A stretch of DNA of 64,000 nt from a virus (Duplodnaviria; Heunggongvirae; Uroviricota; Caudoviricetes), in IMG/VR virus record IMGVR_UViG_3300042554_002914, one strand, 5' to 3'. The notes below the pieces were generated by a model, which had not been told where the DNA came from, did not search any database, and was given only the letters and a program-made list of their open reading frames with translations. Positions 45,102-55,016 of this stretch are shown here, piece by piece (positions within the stretch are counted from its first letter, which is position 1; each line of letters begins with the position of its first letter). The position numbers were made by a program, and so were the translations under genes.

Positions 45102-45578
45102 TTATGGTATTCTGGGATTACCTTTCGGGAAACCCATCCTAGAGAAAATTGCAGCTTTAGCCACAAGGTATTTGTATTCCCTAGAATTAAAACTAGGGTT
45201 GTGACCAAAGCGACCAAGATTCTTAAAAACCTCTTCTGCTCTTATCGGGGTCTCGTTGGTTTTTACAGAATTGAATAGAGCCTCATTAGAACAACCACTC
45301 AGCATACGAACTACCTCCCTAATTTCCATAACCGGGTTTCGCGACATTTCAAGATAATCATCGGGAGTCCGACAGAGATTTTCATCTAGATACCACTCTA
45401 TGACATCAAACCCTGTACCGGTGATTACCTCAAAGTAAATTCCGTATTGAGGGTTCTCCCCGTATTCTTTAAGACTTTGAATTTTCTGTTCAAGGAGGTT
45501 TCTAGAAGAAATTCCTTCGGTTGACCAGCATGTGGAACAAAAGGACTTGCAGTGAGCGGGTCGTTTAATGGGTGTCAT
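45102..45578 (-). CDS. Hypothetical protein
   Basis: 158-aa ORF. Confidence 0.5.
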   Translation of the reverse strand: MTPIKRPAHCKSFCSTCWSTEGISSRNLLEQKIQSLKEYGENPQYGIYFEVITGTGFDVIEWYLDENLCRTPDDYLEMSRNPVMEIREVVRMLSGCSNEALFNSVKTNETPIRAEEVFKNLGRFGHNPSFNSREYKYLVAKAAIFSRMGFPKGNPRIP

Positions 45579-46067
45579 TGGTTTTGCGGTGTTTTTTTTT
45601 TTTCAACGTGATATGGCATTTTGATGTTCGTTGTTTGATGGGTTACTAATAATTTCAAGTTATGCCATATTTGCTATGGGGGTGAGCTTAAATACGCTTT
45701 TGTCACTAGACTAATTAGGTCAAGATTAGCGATATTGCTGCTCCAGCGGTTATAAAGTTTGTCATAGGCATATTTTAATTTATACGGATTTGATGTGGGA
45801 ATTAATGTCAACACGGCAATTTTCTTGGGGCATTTCTCCAAGATGCACGCTACTATACTTACTAATGGCAAGGGGTGGCTTGCTATGTTGCGGTAGTCGT
45901 CGTCCGTAAGGTCATAGTCGTCGTCAAAGTATGTCTGAACCTTAAAGAAGTATGAATCACAGGGTGCGAACTCACCCACTTTAATGGAAATTCCCCATCG
46001 GGGGTGTACCATTCCGGTACGGATTTTTTAATGTAACCTTCTTCAAATTCCTCAAATACCATGGTAA

Positions 46068-46298
46068 TCATACTTTGCCCTCCCCTAACAAGTCATTTAT
46101 AAACTCAGAGATTTCGCTACCGAAAAAGATAGCAGTAGCAATGATGTCGATACCGACAATGCCAGCAAAGACCTTGGCTGTGCTCAGATCGTACCCCCAA
46201 TTATTGGCAACATCATGTGCAACAATGGAAATAGCATAGAAGATCGAAAATTCAATGGCTTGGCAAACTAGGAAAATTAGGAGGAGACGGTAGTTCAT
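46068..46298 (-). CDS. Small two-TM membrane protein
   Basis: Two hydrophobic stretches. Confidence 0.5.
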   Translation of the reverse strand: MNYRLLLIFLVCQAIEFSIFYAISIVAHDVANNWGYDLSTAKVFAGIVGIDIIATAIFFGSEISEFINDLLGEGKV

Positions 46299-46320
46299 TG
46301 GGGGTTCGGGATGGGAGCGT

Positions 46321-46863
46321 TTAAATGGTTGCGTAGTCCATTATAGTAAATCGGCTGGCTTTTCTGATAAGGTTTAAAGTATCGGCACTAATATTGGTGG
46401 CTTCGGGACTAGCTTCGGCACTGGCTCTGACTTTAGTGTGGGAATTCGCTGCATCCCTTATATCGTGGTGTGGGTCTCTCAAAAGCTCGAAAAGGAGACT
46501 CTCCGGGAGATAATTCAGATGGGGCAGCAGCATTATGCGAACGAAACAAGACGAGTGATTTAATATAGTTTCGTAGTTTAAGTTATTGATAGAATTTTTG
46601 TTAGCTGTAACTATAATAGAGCGATGTCTGTTACCATGTCGCTGGGTAAAGTTCCTTACCCGGATAGAAAAACCATTAGGTATGTCATTGAGAAAACTAA
46701 CATGGTCCTGGTGAAGCTCAGAGATGTTATGTCTATGCCCACTGTAGATGTATATCCAAGAGTTTTGGGTTTGCAAAAAGTATTCCTTACCAATAGTCCA
46801 GGTTTCTTCCCAAATAGGTGGGTACATTACGGATACAGGCTCACACATAACAAGCAATGTCAT
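46321..46863 (-). CDS. Hypothetical protein
   Basis: 180-aa ORF. Confidence 0.5.
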   Translation of the reverse strand: MTLLVMCEPVSVMYPPIWEETWTIGKEYFLQTQNSWIYIYSGHRHNISELHQDHVSFLNDIPNGFSIRVRNFTQRHGNRHRSIIVTANKNSINNLNYETILNHSSCFVRIMLLPHLNYLPESLLFELLRDPHHDIRDAANSHTKVRASAEASPEATNISADTLNLIRKASRFTIMDYATI

Positions 46864-47776
46864 TTTGCCTTTCTGCCGAGGCGGCTGCAGCTTCTTTGAT
46901 TAGGGATGTACACATCGAAACTTGCTCAGGGGTCAAACTAGAATGGCATGGTCCTTCAATCTCCTCTATGGTGAAATTCTCCGGGTCGCCCCTTAGTTGT
47001 ACGGTATATTTCGGCCTTTCTTCCTCCTCAATTAGGATAATTCTAGATTCCCCATTGAGAATTCGGTCCTCTCGGGAAAGTACGCAATTTTTAACTTCTC
47101 TCCCCCATTTGCCCAACTCGACCGTATCCGCAGGTTGAAACACCTTGTAGTTGTCTTTTCGGTATGGGGTTGAAATTAAGTCGTTACAGTACTTGGTATT
47201 CCCAGTGGATCTCTCAATGTAAAGGGCTGAAATATGGTCGTGGAAATCCCTTAATCTCCATCTACGGGGTCTAGGGACCGGTTCTGAACTTTTCCTTAGT
47301 ATTTTATCAAGTTGTTCTAAGGTATCTCTTAATTCGGATTCTATTGTAACCAGGGCCTGTTTGCCGTGAACCCTGCTCAACATATTTAAAAATGAACGCA
47401 AACTAAGGTTATTGCCGAGCCAGTTTAGGCATTCGGTCGTTGCTAGATTTACACCGTTATTACTATAGAGTCCCCCCAAAGAGATAGACTCAATGAGTTT
47501 TTGGTATGTCTGGAAATGGTCGTTAGGGGAATCGGGCCAAATACGGGACAAGACACTCACGTTTCTCACGTAGTTGGTAAATAAGAATACATGAAGGTGG
47601 GCCCCCCACTCTTCCCCCTGGTCCAGGGCTTGCAAGCGGGTTGAGGCCAGGGTTTTGAAGTATGGGGTCTGCAAGAAGTCGGAAATATGATTTAGATCGC
47701 AGTCTGCTAGTTGTAACGCTTTGCTCAGTCTTTCCGGGAATTGCAGTTTGAGGAAATCCTTCAGTTCGTATGCCAT
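46841..47776 (-). CDS. PcfJ-like domain protein
   Basis: LRDT..QL, FHD, EL..WG..VKNCV motif. Confidence 0.65.
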   Translation of the reverse strand: MAYELKDFLKLQFPERLSKALQLADCDLNHISDFLQTPYFKTLASTRLQALDQGEEWGAHLHVFLFTNYVRNVSVLSRIWPDSPNDHFQTYQKLIESISLGGLYSNNGVNLATTECLNWLGNNLSLRSFLNMLSRVHGKQALVTIESELRDTLEQLDKILRKSSEPVPRPRRWRLRDFHDHISALYIERSTGNTKYCNDLISTPYRKDNYKVFQPADTVELGKWGREVKNCVLSREDRILNGESRIILIEEEERPKYTVQLRGDPENFTIEEIEGPCHSSLTPEQVSMCTSLIKEAAAASAERQNDIACYV

Positions 47777-47887
47777 TTAGGTGAAATTGGTTTCAGGTTG
47801 GTTGGTTGAGGGGTGAATGCCGGCTCCCATCATAGTAGCTTAGGGGTTTTAGACACGGTGCGGTTAACCGAAGGGTACCCTTATAGG

Positions 47888-48289
47888 CTAAGCATCGGCA
47901 GGCAACCGGTTCAGGGCATCCCGGATTGTTTCAATGTCCTGGCACTGTTCGCGGATGTCATTTGCACCAGATGCTATTGCGTTCAGGGCGGTCAAGGCTT
48001 GTTGGCGTGTTGGTGACGGTTGCCCACCACTTCTCAAGCTGTCTAAGGTTGTTCGTGTTTCACCTTTAAGCTCTCGAATTCTGACCACACTAGCTTCGAT
48101 CCTGAGATCGGCATCTCTGAGTTTCTTTTCTAGCTCGGGCAACTCTGAGGCGTCTGGATCCAAAATAGTTGTTGGGTGCAAGGAGCGTAGTTTTTTGATG
48201 ATTTGTAATTGTCGGCAATATAATCCGTACACCATAACCATGGTAACCAGTAAGCCAATCGTTAGAAAGATATCGTAGGTTGTAGTCAT
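47888..48289 (-). CDS. Hypothetical protein with C-terminal P..QAL...TIR.AL module
   Basis: Module shared with 48286 and 52274 ORFs. Confidence 0.6.
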   Translation of the reverse strand: MTTTYDIFLTIGLLVTMVMVYGLYCRQLQIIKKLRSLHPTTILDPDASELPELEKKLRDADLRIEASVVRIRELKGETRTTLDSLRSGGQPSPTRQQALTALNAIASGANDIREQCQDIETIRDALNRLPADA

Positions 48290-48732
48290 TGCGAGTCCGG
48301 TGAGTTTAAGTTGGCAGTTAAAGCCTTGCGAATCGTATCTGTGATTTCTGGCAAGTACTTGCCGTCTTTTTCGATTGTGCCTAGGAATTGTAGAGCCAAC
48401 TCGTCTAGAGTTGGGGACTTTGGGCGCCGAATAGCACGAAGAACATTCCCAGATACATACGCTCCATTTATTTCCATAACGTTACAACAGTCATTCAGTT
48501 CACCATCGGCAGCACTTTGCTCTAGGTACTGGATATACTCTCGGAGATATTCTACAATCTTTTCTGGAGTTGGAGTAATTCCTTTCCACTGCCAAAGAGA
48601 AGGGCCGTCACCTCCAATTTCGTCAATGAAATTTGTGAGTGCTTCTGCCCACTGGTTTGATATTTTCTCGTTGGTGTGCCAAAGAACTTCAATTATTTCG
48701 GGTTCAATGGTGAATTCAAGTTTGGTGGTCAT
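48286..48732 (-). CDS. Hypothetical protein with C-terminal P..QAL...TIR.AL module
   Basis: RRPKSPTLDELAL...DTIRKAL. Confidence 0.6.
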   Translation of the reverse strand: MTTKLEFTIEPEIIEVLWHTNEKISNQWAEALTNFIDEIGGDGPSLWQWKGITPTPEKIVEYLREYIQYLEQSAADGELNDCCNVMEINGAYVSGNVLRAIRRPKSPTLDELALQFLGTIEKDGKYLPEITDTIRKALTANLNSPDSQ

Positions 48733-48741
48733 TGGTTGTTG

Positions 48742-48981
48742 TTATTGGGGGGGGGGGGTTTCAAGTTCGGTTGCGATTGCAAGGATCGATTCTCGGATTG
48801 GATTTCTCTTCTCGTACCAGCAACCTTGGATTTCTTCGTCCTCAAAAGGAACTACTTCGTCAGCAACGACCCTGAGAAACGCAGCGAGGGCATTGCCGTA
48901 ATCATCAAAGACGCCAACCTTCTCAGCTACATCATTAAAGGCGTCCCATGCGGCTTGGGTTGTTGGTGAGAGGTTTGGCAT
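48742..48981 (-). CDS. LSP..IATEL paralog family member
   Basis: MPNLSPTTQAAW...LRVVADEVVP...ILAIATELE. Confidence 0.65.
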   Translation of the reverse strand: MPNLSPTTQAAWDAFNDVAEKVGVFDDYGNALAAFLRVVADEVVPFEDEEIQGCWYEKRNPIRESILAIATELETPPPQ

Positions 48982-49290
48982 TGGGTGTTACCGTAATAAA
49001 TGTTTCTAGTTCGGGGCAATGTCAAATGTTAGCTTCGTGGGTTTGGTCATGGTTGGGTGGTGGTTAAGTAACTAAGCTTAGCGTTTTAGCACCGCGAAAA
49101 CAAGTGTGGAAACCGGCGGTTCCAGGACGGCTAACCGACCCTTATCAAGCTACGGATAGCGTCTGCATTTTCCAGGAACCACTCCACTGCTTCCCAGTTA
49201 TTTGCATACCAGTCATCTAGGGACTCTAAGTAACCGCCCCCAAAAGTCTCCTCATCATATGGGCGGCGAGGTGATACATGGGGCATGCGG

Positions 49291-49533
49291 CTAAGATTCG
49301 GTTTTTGCGATTCCATCTAATTCGGTGGCAATATCGCAAAGTTGATCTTTGCAGGAAAGTAGCATTCCGCCTTGAGAGCTTATTTCCGGGTCTAGAACAA
49401 GTTGATCAGCGGCGGCGCGAAGAACGGCAGATGCGATATCCCGGAAGGTGGCTTTGTCATCATTAGCCCAGTTCCAGCCAGCTTCTCGAAGGGCTTCCAG
49501 AACCGCCCGGGATGCAGGGGATAAGTCAGCCAT
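49291..49533 (-). CDS. LSP..IATEL paralog family member
   Basis: MADLSPASRAVL...LRAAADQ...DIATELD. Confidence 0.65.
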   Translation of the reverse strand: MADLSPASRAVLEALREAGWNWANDDKATFRDIASAVLRAAADQLVLDPEISSQGGMLLSCKDQLCDIATELDGIAKTES

Positions 49534-49876
49534 TGTCACCATCCAGCTCGGCGGCGATCTGAGCGATTCGGCCCATTGCCCCATTCCAACCTCTCTCATA
49601 TTCGTCAGGGGCTGAGCCTTCCCAGTCTTCTGTGCCTAGTTTGAGTTGGTCGGTAACGGAATGCAGGCTAGCTGCAATTTGACGGCGGCGTGTTGTTTCA
49701 GTATCGCCGAGTGATATGGGCAAATTCCACGCAGCATCGAATATGGTTTGGGCTGAGGAACTTAAGGGTTTGACATTCTCAGGGTCGGCCATGTGTAAGA
49801 AATATGCGGTGAGGTCGTTTTCTGCTCGTAATTGCAGAGCGGCACGTAAGAGAGGTGGAATCCGTAAATCAGCCAT
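49526..49876 (-). CDS. LSP..IATEL paralog family member
   Basis: LSSSAQTIF...IAASL...IAAELD. Confidence 0.6.
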   Translation of the reverse strand: MADLRIPPLLRAALQLRAENDLTAYFLHMADPENVKPLSSSAQTIFDAAWNLPISLGDTETTRRRQIAASLHSVTDQLKLGTEDWEGSAPDEYERGWNGAMGRIAQIAAELDGDNG

Positions 49877-50456
49877 TGGAACTATCCAATCCAAAGGCAA
49901 TAGCGCGAACATCTTCTGGATGAATGTAGAGAGTCTCGCAATCAACGACCCATGGATATTCCGTGAGGTCAGCAAGGGCGCGGAGGGTGGCAGCGAGACC
50001 TTTGCGGAAATCGTATGTTGGGGCTGAGTCTGAGCCACATGCCGCATCAACAAAAGCATCCTGCAAGGCTTTGGCGGTGGGACTTAGGGATGGCTTTTTG
50101 GATGAAGACACCGATGCAAGAACAGGCTCCTTAACGTATAACACTGATGCTAACCGGCCTGAACGTGTGGGTCGCTGAGTTTCCTTGCCAGTTGAGGGGT
50201 CGGTCCGCTTCTCTAATTGACCCATTTGCACTAATTCCCGACACCGGGCAGAAGCAGTTTGGTGCAACATTGAAAGGTCTTGTTCGATCTCGTCGCAAGT
50301 GGCACCATTGGGTTTGGTTTGGATGTGGTTGAGAACCTTTAGCCTTAGGCTTCCTGCGATTTGGGCAACTGAGTTAGCGGCAGCTTTTTGGGTTTGGGTG
50401 GCGGTTGGCATGGTGGGTTTTAGGTGAGGGTGGTGGGTTTGGGTGGTGGTTGGCAT
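49869..50456 (-). CDS. Winged-helix protein fused to LSP..IATEL module
   Basis: GATCDEIE..L...HQTASARCREL plus LSPTAKAL...LRALAD. Confidence 0.65.
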   Translation of the reverse strand: MPTTTQTHHPHLKPTMPTATQTQKAAANSVAQIAGSLRLKVLNHIQTKPNGATCDEIEQDLSMLHQTASARCRELVQMGQLEKRTDPSTGKETQRPTRSGRLASVLYVKEPVLASVSSSKKPSLSPTAKALQDAFVDAACGSDSAPTYDFRKGLAATLRALADLTEYPWVVDCETLYIHPEDVRAIAFGLDSSNG

Positions 50457-50533
50457 GGTGAGTGAGACCCCTCGTAGCTACTATGGCAGGCAAGCTAGGT
50501 GCGGCGGTGCTTTTACTATCAGCAGTTTGACCC

Positions 50534-50707
50534 TTAGGCATAGTGACCCACTGCTCTAGCATAAAAGTCATTAAGTGCCTTAAGCACATCAGGCTCTAAC
50601 ACAACCACAGGTTCATTACGGTGGTCATTTACCATTAGAGAAACGGCATATCCGTCAAACTGGGCATATACGCCATCGCCCAAATAGTCAATCCAGGGGT
50701 CTTTCAT
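50534..50707 (-). CDS. Small hypothetical protein (57 aa, not in track)
   Basis: MKDPWIDYLGDGVYAQFDG...LEPDVLKAL. Confidence 0.6.
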   Translation of the reverse strand: MKDPWIDYLGDGVYAQFDGYAVSLMVNDHRNEPVVVLEPDVLKALNDFYARAVGHYA

Positions 50708-50880
50708 TATCAGTAGTTGAATTTGTGATCATTACAGCCATCTCCATCCAACCCCCCATAGTTGATGGGGCGGATAGCCTAATAATACGGGTAAACCAGT
50801 CCTTGTACCGGCCAGTGTAGGGGAATATGTCAAGAATAATGGATAAGCCATCAGCATTACCGCTAAACCATGTGGGGTAC

Positions 50881-51174
50881 TTATCCCCTGCCTTGAGTAT
50901 ATTTGGGCCATTGGAATTCCTCCAATTCAGAGGCAATGGCACGGATTTTCTGTCGTGTAAGTTGGGTTTGTTGGTCCATACCCCAAATCATAGCATCTCT
51001 CCCGCTATTAAGATTCTCTTGGGGTTTGAGAAACATGTGGGGGGTTACCTCATCCGCAACGGCGCGGAGGGCTGAGGCCAGGCGCTCTGGGTCGCCTTCT
51101 AAGTAAATGCCATTTTCGGATGCGCTCCAGGCATTCAGAACCGCTAGCGAGGCAGGAGAAAGGAATTTAGTCAC
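50881..51174 (-). CDS. LSP..IATEL paralog family member
   Basis: LSPASLAVL...LRAVADEV...IASELE. Confidence 0.65.
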   Translation of the reverse strand: MTKFLSPASLAVLNAWSASENGIYLEGDPERLASALRAVADEVTPHMFLKPQENLNSGRDAMIWGMDQQTQLTRQKIRAIASELEEFQWPKYTQGRG

Positions 51175-51226
51175 AGGGGTCTCAAAAATGTCAGATTTGC
51201 AGAAGGGGCGTGATACTTTGGTTCAG

Positions 51227-51496
51227 TCATTGTAATGTCAACGCACGGTCGGCTTCATACGTGAGCAGGGCTCGAAGTTGTTTCCGGAAATCGTACTCAT
51301 GCTCTACCAATCCGCCCCACCAAATGTGGTCTAATGGTTCTTCTTCTGGTACAAGCCAGTCGCGAATAGCTCGGATTCGAGCAGCATTGTAGTCTTCGTC
51401 GTTTAAACACTCATTGGTGTTTCGTTCTATTGCCAGAAGTTTATTCTCTGCGTCATCTATAGCTTGCCACAGTCTAGGGCCGGATTTTGTACTCAT
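51227..51496 (-). CDS. Hypothetical protein
   Basis: IRAIRDWLVPEE...LRALLT.EADRA. Confidence 0.55.
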   Translation of the reverse strand: MSTKSGPRLWQAIDDAENKLLAIERNTNECLNDEDYNAARIRAIRDWLVPEEEPLDHIWWGGLVEHEYDFRKQLRALLTYEADRALTLQ

Positions 51497-51831
51497 TAGG
51501 TCTCTTCGTTTGGTTCAAGCGTTGAGTTCATTGATCTGCAGGCGCTTATCTTTAGGCCGTACAGGACGCCGCTTTTACTTACCTCATTAAAATAGTCACT
51601 CCAATGTGTATACGGCTCTGGGGGCAGACCCGAAAATACGCAATTGGTGATGTGAGATAAAGGACTGTTGGTATTCATTGGTGGGTGATTGTCAGTGGTC
51701 ATTGGTGGATGGTTTGGTGGTTTGATGGTTTCAGTGTCATCGTCTTGTTATGGTATCTTAGCCAATTTACCATTTGGCCGAACGTTTTTTTTTCGAGAGT
51801 TTTGGTTTACTTTGGTCCATATTTTCAAAAG

Positions 51832-51957
51832 TCATCGTAATTGGCTCACTAAGAATATGGCTAATCCTATGTAGATAACTCCTGCTACAACCACAGTGCC
51901 AACGGCACCAGCGGCACCGTAAAGAAGCCAAAGTGGAATTGTGAATGTGAATGTCAT
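51832..51957 (-). CDS. Small membrane peptide, paralog 3 (41 aa)
   Basis: MTFTFTIPLWLLYGAAG... Confidence 0.6.
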   Translation of the reverse strand: MTFTFTIPLWLLYGAAGAVGTVVVAGVIYIGLAIFLVSQLR

Positions 51958-52026
51958 TGGGTGCTTATGGTAATAATCAAAGGTGCGAGAAAGGGTGTCG
52001 TGACAAGGTGTTGGCCATAATTAGTA

Positions 52027-52158
52027 TCACCATGGCCCATTGGGGCCGGTAACAAGTCCTACGAAAATAAAAACCCCTAAACACATAAACGCTAATGCCA
52101 CAAGTGCGGCAAAGCCTCCTACTGTGTATAGCAGCCAGATTGGAATTGTGAATGTCAT
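52027..52158 (-). CDS. Small membrane peptide, paralog 2 (43 aa)
   Basis: MTFTIPIWLLYTVGG...; ATGA overlap. Confidence 0.65.
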   Translation of the reverse strand: MTFTIPIWLLYTVGGFAALVALAFMCLGVFIFVGLVTGPNGPW

Positions 52159-52277
52159 TGCAGTTTAATTGATCGAAGGTAGTGAAGCGCCAAGGCTCCG
52201 AAGCAAGCTAGGGCAAGCGTCACAATAATTGCACCGCCTCCTACAAATAAGAGCCAGATTGGGATGGTCACTGTCAT
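52155..52277 (-). CDS. Small membrane peptide, paralog 1 (40 aa)
   Basis: MTVTIPIWLLFVGGG...; ATGA overlap. Confidence 0.65.
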   Translation of the reverse strand: MTVTIPIWLLFVGGGAIIVTLALACFGALALHYLRSIKLQ

Positions 52278-52645
52278 TGGCGAACCTCAGGTGTAGCCCC
52301 TAGTGCGCGACGAATGATGTCGCATTGGTCGGATGTGAGTTTCACCCCTGACTTACCGCACGTCTCAAGTAAACGCAAGGCCTGTTCTTTTGGGGTCGGA
52401 GGTTGTGGGCGCCGAGCGCTGCGCAGTTTGTAGGTATCAACGTTGAGATCTAGGTCTTCAAGCCACTCACAGCAAGCTACCAATTCCATGTCGGCCGCCC
52501 ATTTTATCAATGAGTCGATTTCTTCGAAGGAGAGCATCCAACCTTGCATACCGTTTATACTCTGGTCGGGTGATGCCTCCTTGAGTTTACGGATTTGGCA
52601 GTTTATTTGGTCTCGGGTGAGTGTCGGCGGGTCAAGGTTGGTCAT
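52274..52645 (-). CDS. Hypothetical protein with P..QAL...IR.AL module
   Basis: WAADMELVACCEWL...LRSARRPQPPTPKEQAL. Confidence 0.6.
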   Translation of the reverse strand: MTNLDPPTLTRDQINCQIRKLKEASPDQSINGMQGWMLSFEEIDSLIKWAADMELVACCEWLEDLDLNVDTYKLRSARRPQPPTPKEQALRLLETCGKSGVKLTSDQCDIIRRALGATPEVRQ

Positions 52646-53212
52646 TGTGGTTAGATCGTTGGTTGGCGGAATGTTGTCTCGTGATTTCATACGATTGATT
52701 GCATTAAGCATTTTTCTAGGTGTTCTTTTCGAAGGTTGTCCCAACACCAAGCTCTATAGTCTTTTCGGGTTGGTTCTTCTACGTGAGTGTCGTACCAAAA
52801 GGCTAAGAACTCTGATTCCATATCGAGTCCCGCCTGGTGCAGGGAGCCTGGTCCCCTAGCGTCCATGATTTTCTGGAGAGATATGGGTAATCCGGTTTCT
52901 TCTACCGGGTGTTGGTTGTTGTTCATTGGCTTAGACAATGGGGTGACATTCATCGCATATCATCATAATAAAGAGTCATTCTACGGTCGCATAGCTTGCA
53001 CTTGTGGCATTCGCAATGGAAGTCGGACCATGTTTCTAGCATGTTCGGGCTTGACCATGACTCTTGTTCGGTGTTGCATCTTGTGGTTTTATCGAAGACA
53101 TTATTCATCTTTATTGCGGGTTAATGTCCTTAGCAATTCAGGGTGTGAGGTCATTGCGGAATGCAATCCATAGGCGCTTAAAGACATTGTACTCACAGAA
53201 ATCGTGAACCCT

Positions 53213-53755
53213 TCACCTGAGATCAAAAAGTTTGTCATTGGTTGACAGGTACCTATCATTCAAAGAGGCATTCGTGCTTAAGGCATCGTTGAGTTTTTCC
53301 TCTAGTTTAGATTTTTCCTGCCTGGTTTGGGTGAGGCTTTCAAGGCACTTCTCTAACTTGCCAGTCTCTACCCTATTCTCATGCTCTAACTTTGAGATTT
53401 TTCCTGCAACTTTTTCTTCATTAAATACGTGCCATAGGATTCTTTCTAGTTCGGGTTCGACGGCGAACAGGTGGTGGTAGGTGTCTACGGTGTCGTAAGT
53501 TTCTAAGTCCTTATGGGTATCATACAATTTCCACGGTCCCGGGGGAGAAATTCTAGGGATGCCCTGGGTTATCCTAAACGATTTACATACGTGGTGCAAA
53601 GGTAGGTAGGTCTCTTTTAAATACGATGGAATATACAAGGATGGTCCTCCTTCAACCCGGAGAGGAGACACTTCCTCAGTCATGTATCTCACACTTTCGT
53701 GATTGTATACCGGAATGACTTTAGATTGAAGGGTGTATAAGGTGGCGGTTTGCAT
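53213..53755 (-). CDS. Hypothetical coiled-coil protein
   Basis: 180-aa ORF. Confidence 0.55.
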   Translation of the reverse strand: MQTATLYTLQSKVIPVYNHESVRYMTEEVSPLRVEGGPSLYIPSYLKETYLPLHHVCKSFRITQGIPRISPPGPWKLYDTHKDLETYDTVDTYHHLFAVEPELERILWHVFNEEKVAGKISKLEHENRVETGKLEKCLESLTQTRQEKSKLEEKLNDALSTNASLNDRYLSTNDKLFDLR

Positions 53756-53799
53756 TTTGTTGCTGGTAGATTATGCGATGGTATTCGATGGATAGGCAA

Positions 53800-54219
53800 T
53801 CAGACGGGGGGCCGATAGAACCCGACGCCAGCAACCTCTTCCCAAAGCTGCCGCATCGTTACTAGTATAGCAGCTTGGTGCTTAGAGTCAAGCAGTCCGA
53901 AATCGTGGCGGTATCGCATGGCCATGGACTCAAGGAGAGCCGGGTCGGGCTGTATGGGAAAGTTAATAGCTTTGTCGTTTACCATATCAACATTAATCGC
54001 ATGATAGTCGTTAATTCCCGATTTAGACACGATCCAGTCCCCGTCCCAGCGCTCAAAGGTGATCCATCGTTTGGTGCCAGGACATTTGGTTACCCTTAGT
54101 CTGTCACCTCGCTTTAAGGTGGTTTTGGCCTGAGCTGTTGCCAGGTGGCAAATTCGTTTCCTTTCGGAGTGGTCGGGTGTTTCAGTTTTAGGGTCTTGGG
54201 CAAGTTCTAAGTCAGTCAT
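53800..54219 (-). CDS. Hypothetical protein
   Basis: 139-aa ORF. Confidence 0.55.
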   Translation of the reverse strand: MTDLELAQDPKTETPDHSERKRICHLATAQAKTTLKRGDRLRVTKCPGTKRWITFERWDGDWIVSKSGINDYHAINVDMVNDKAINFPIQPDPALLESMAMRYRHDFGLLDSKHQAAILVTMRQLWEEVAGVGFYRPPV

Positions 54220-54236
54220 TGGGAGGTGGTATTTAT

Positions 54237-54443
54237 TTAGTTTGGGCGGCGATTCCAGGCTTCAATCAGCGGCTCCGGGGTCTCTCCGGCAACTTCCATG
54301 CCAGCGGGGCATTCTTCGCAATCTATCCACCATGTTGGAGCGTAAGTATCTCCGTGATAGTCGGTGCAGTGCGGGCCTCTAAGGTTTATGCTTCCGCAAT
54401 GGGGACATGGCTTGAGCGTGGTTGGGGACTCTGTGTCTTTCAT
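54237..54443 (-). CDS. Lar-family restriction alleviation-like protein
   Basis: LKPCPHCG...WIDCEEC...IEAWNRR. Confidence 0.7.
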   Translation of the reverse strand: MKDTESPTTLKPCPHCGSINLRGPHCTDYHGDTYAPTWWIDCEECPAGMEVAGETPEPLIEAWNRRPN

Positions 54444-54937
54444 GGTTTTTCGTTCGTGGTTGTTGAGGGATCCCGCATTCTACTTTTGAAATGATTCTCA
54501 ATGTCGTTATCATCAGTGCTCACATGGGTTCTGTTGGGGTATTTTCTTATTGTTTTGCCCCATGGTCCATCGGCCACATTAACCATTCGTGTAAGTTGAT
54601 AGGGACAATATTGGCCATACAGTTCCCAAATGCGCCTCAAGAGTGGGATTCTAGAGTCGTATTCTCGAAGAGTGGGGTAACCGTCGGGGAGTGAAAGGCA
54701 GGACGGAATTGGCTCACATCCAAACTCCCCAGCAAAGCCATAAATACTTTGAAATCCAGGTCCCCATGGCATCATCGTCACTACTTCGCTAATGAGGGGC
54801 TTACCAAATAGGGCCAGGTGCCACCCATAAGCGAAGTATACGAGTTTTTGCAACTTGGATAGCGTGATTTGCTGGTCATCTCGCCTAGCAGCATCTATGA
54901 ACCAGTTGGCCACGGATAAGGTTTCTGGGTTATTCAT
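54440..54937 (-). CDS. Panacea-domain (DUF4065/SocA-like) antitoxin
   Basis: VANWFI...ITLSKLQKLVYFAYGWHLA...PL...GP. Confidence 0.85.
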   Translation of the reverse strand: MNNPETLSVANWFIDAARRDDQQITLSKLQKLVYFAYGWHLALFGKPLISEVVTMMPWGPGFQSIYGFAGEFGCEPIPSCLSLPDGYPTLREYDSRIPLLRRIWELYGQYCPYQLTRMVNVADGPWGKTIRKYPNRTHVSTDDNDIENHFKSRMRDPSTTTNEKP

Positions 54938-55016
54938 TTATTTTCCGAATTATTCCAGGGCAACATCAAAGCGATGCTTTGTCGCAGGGGTTCTAGCCAA
55001 TCATCTTCAGGGTGTA

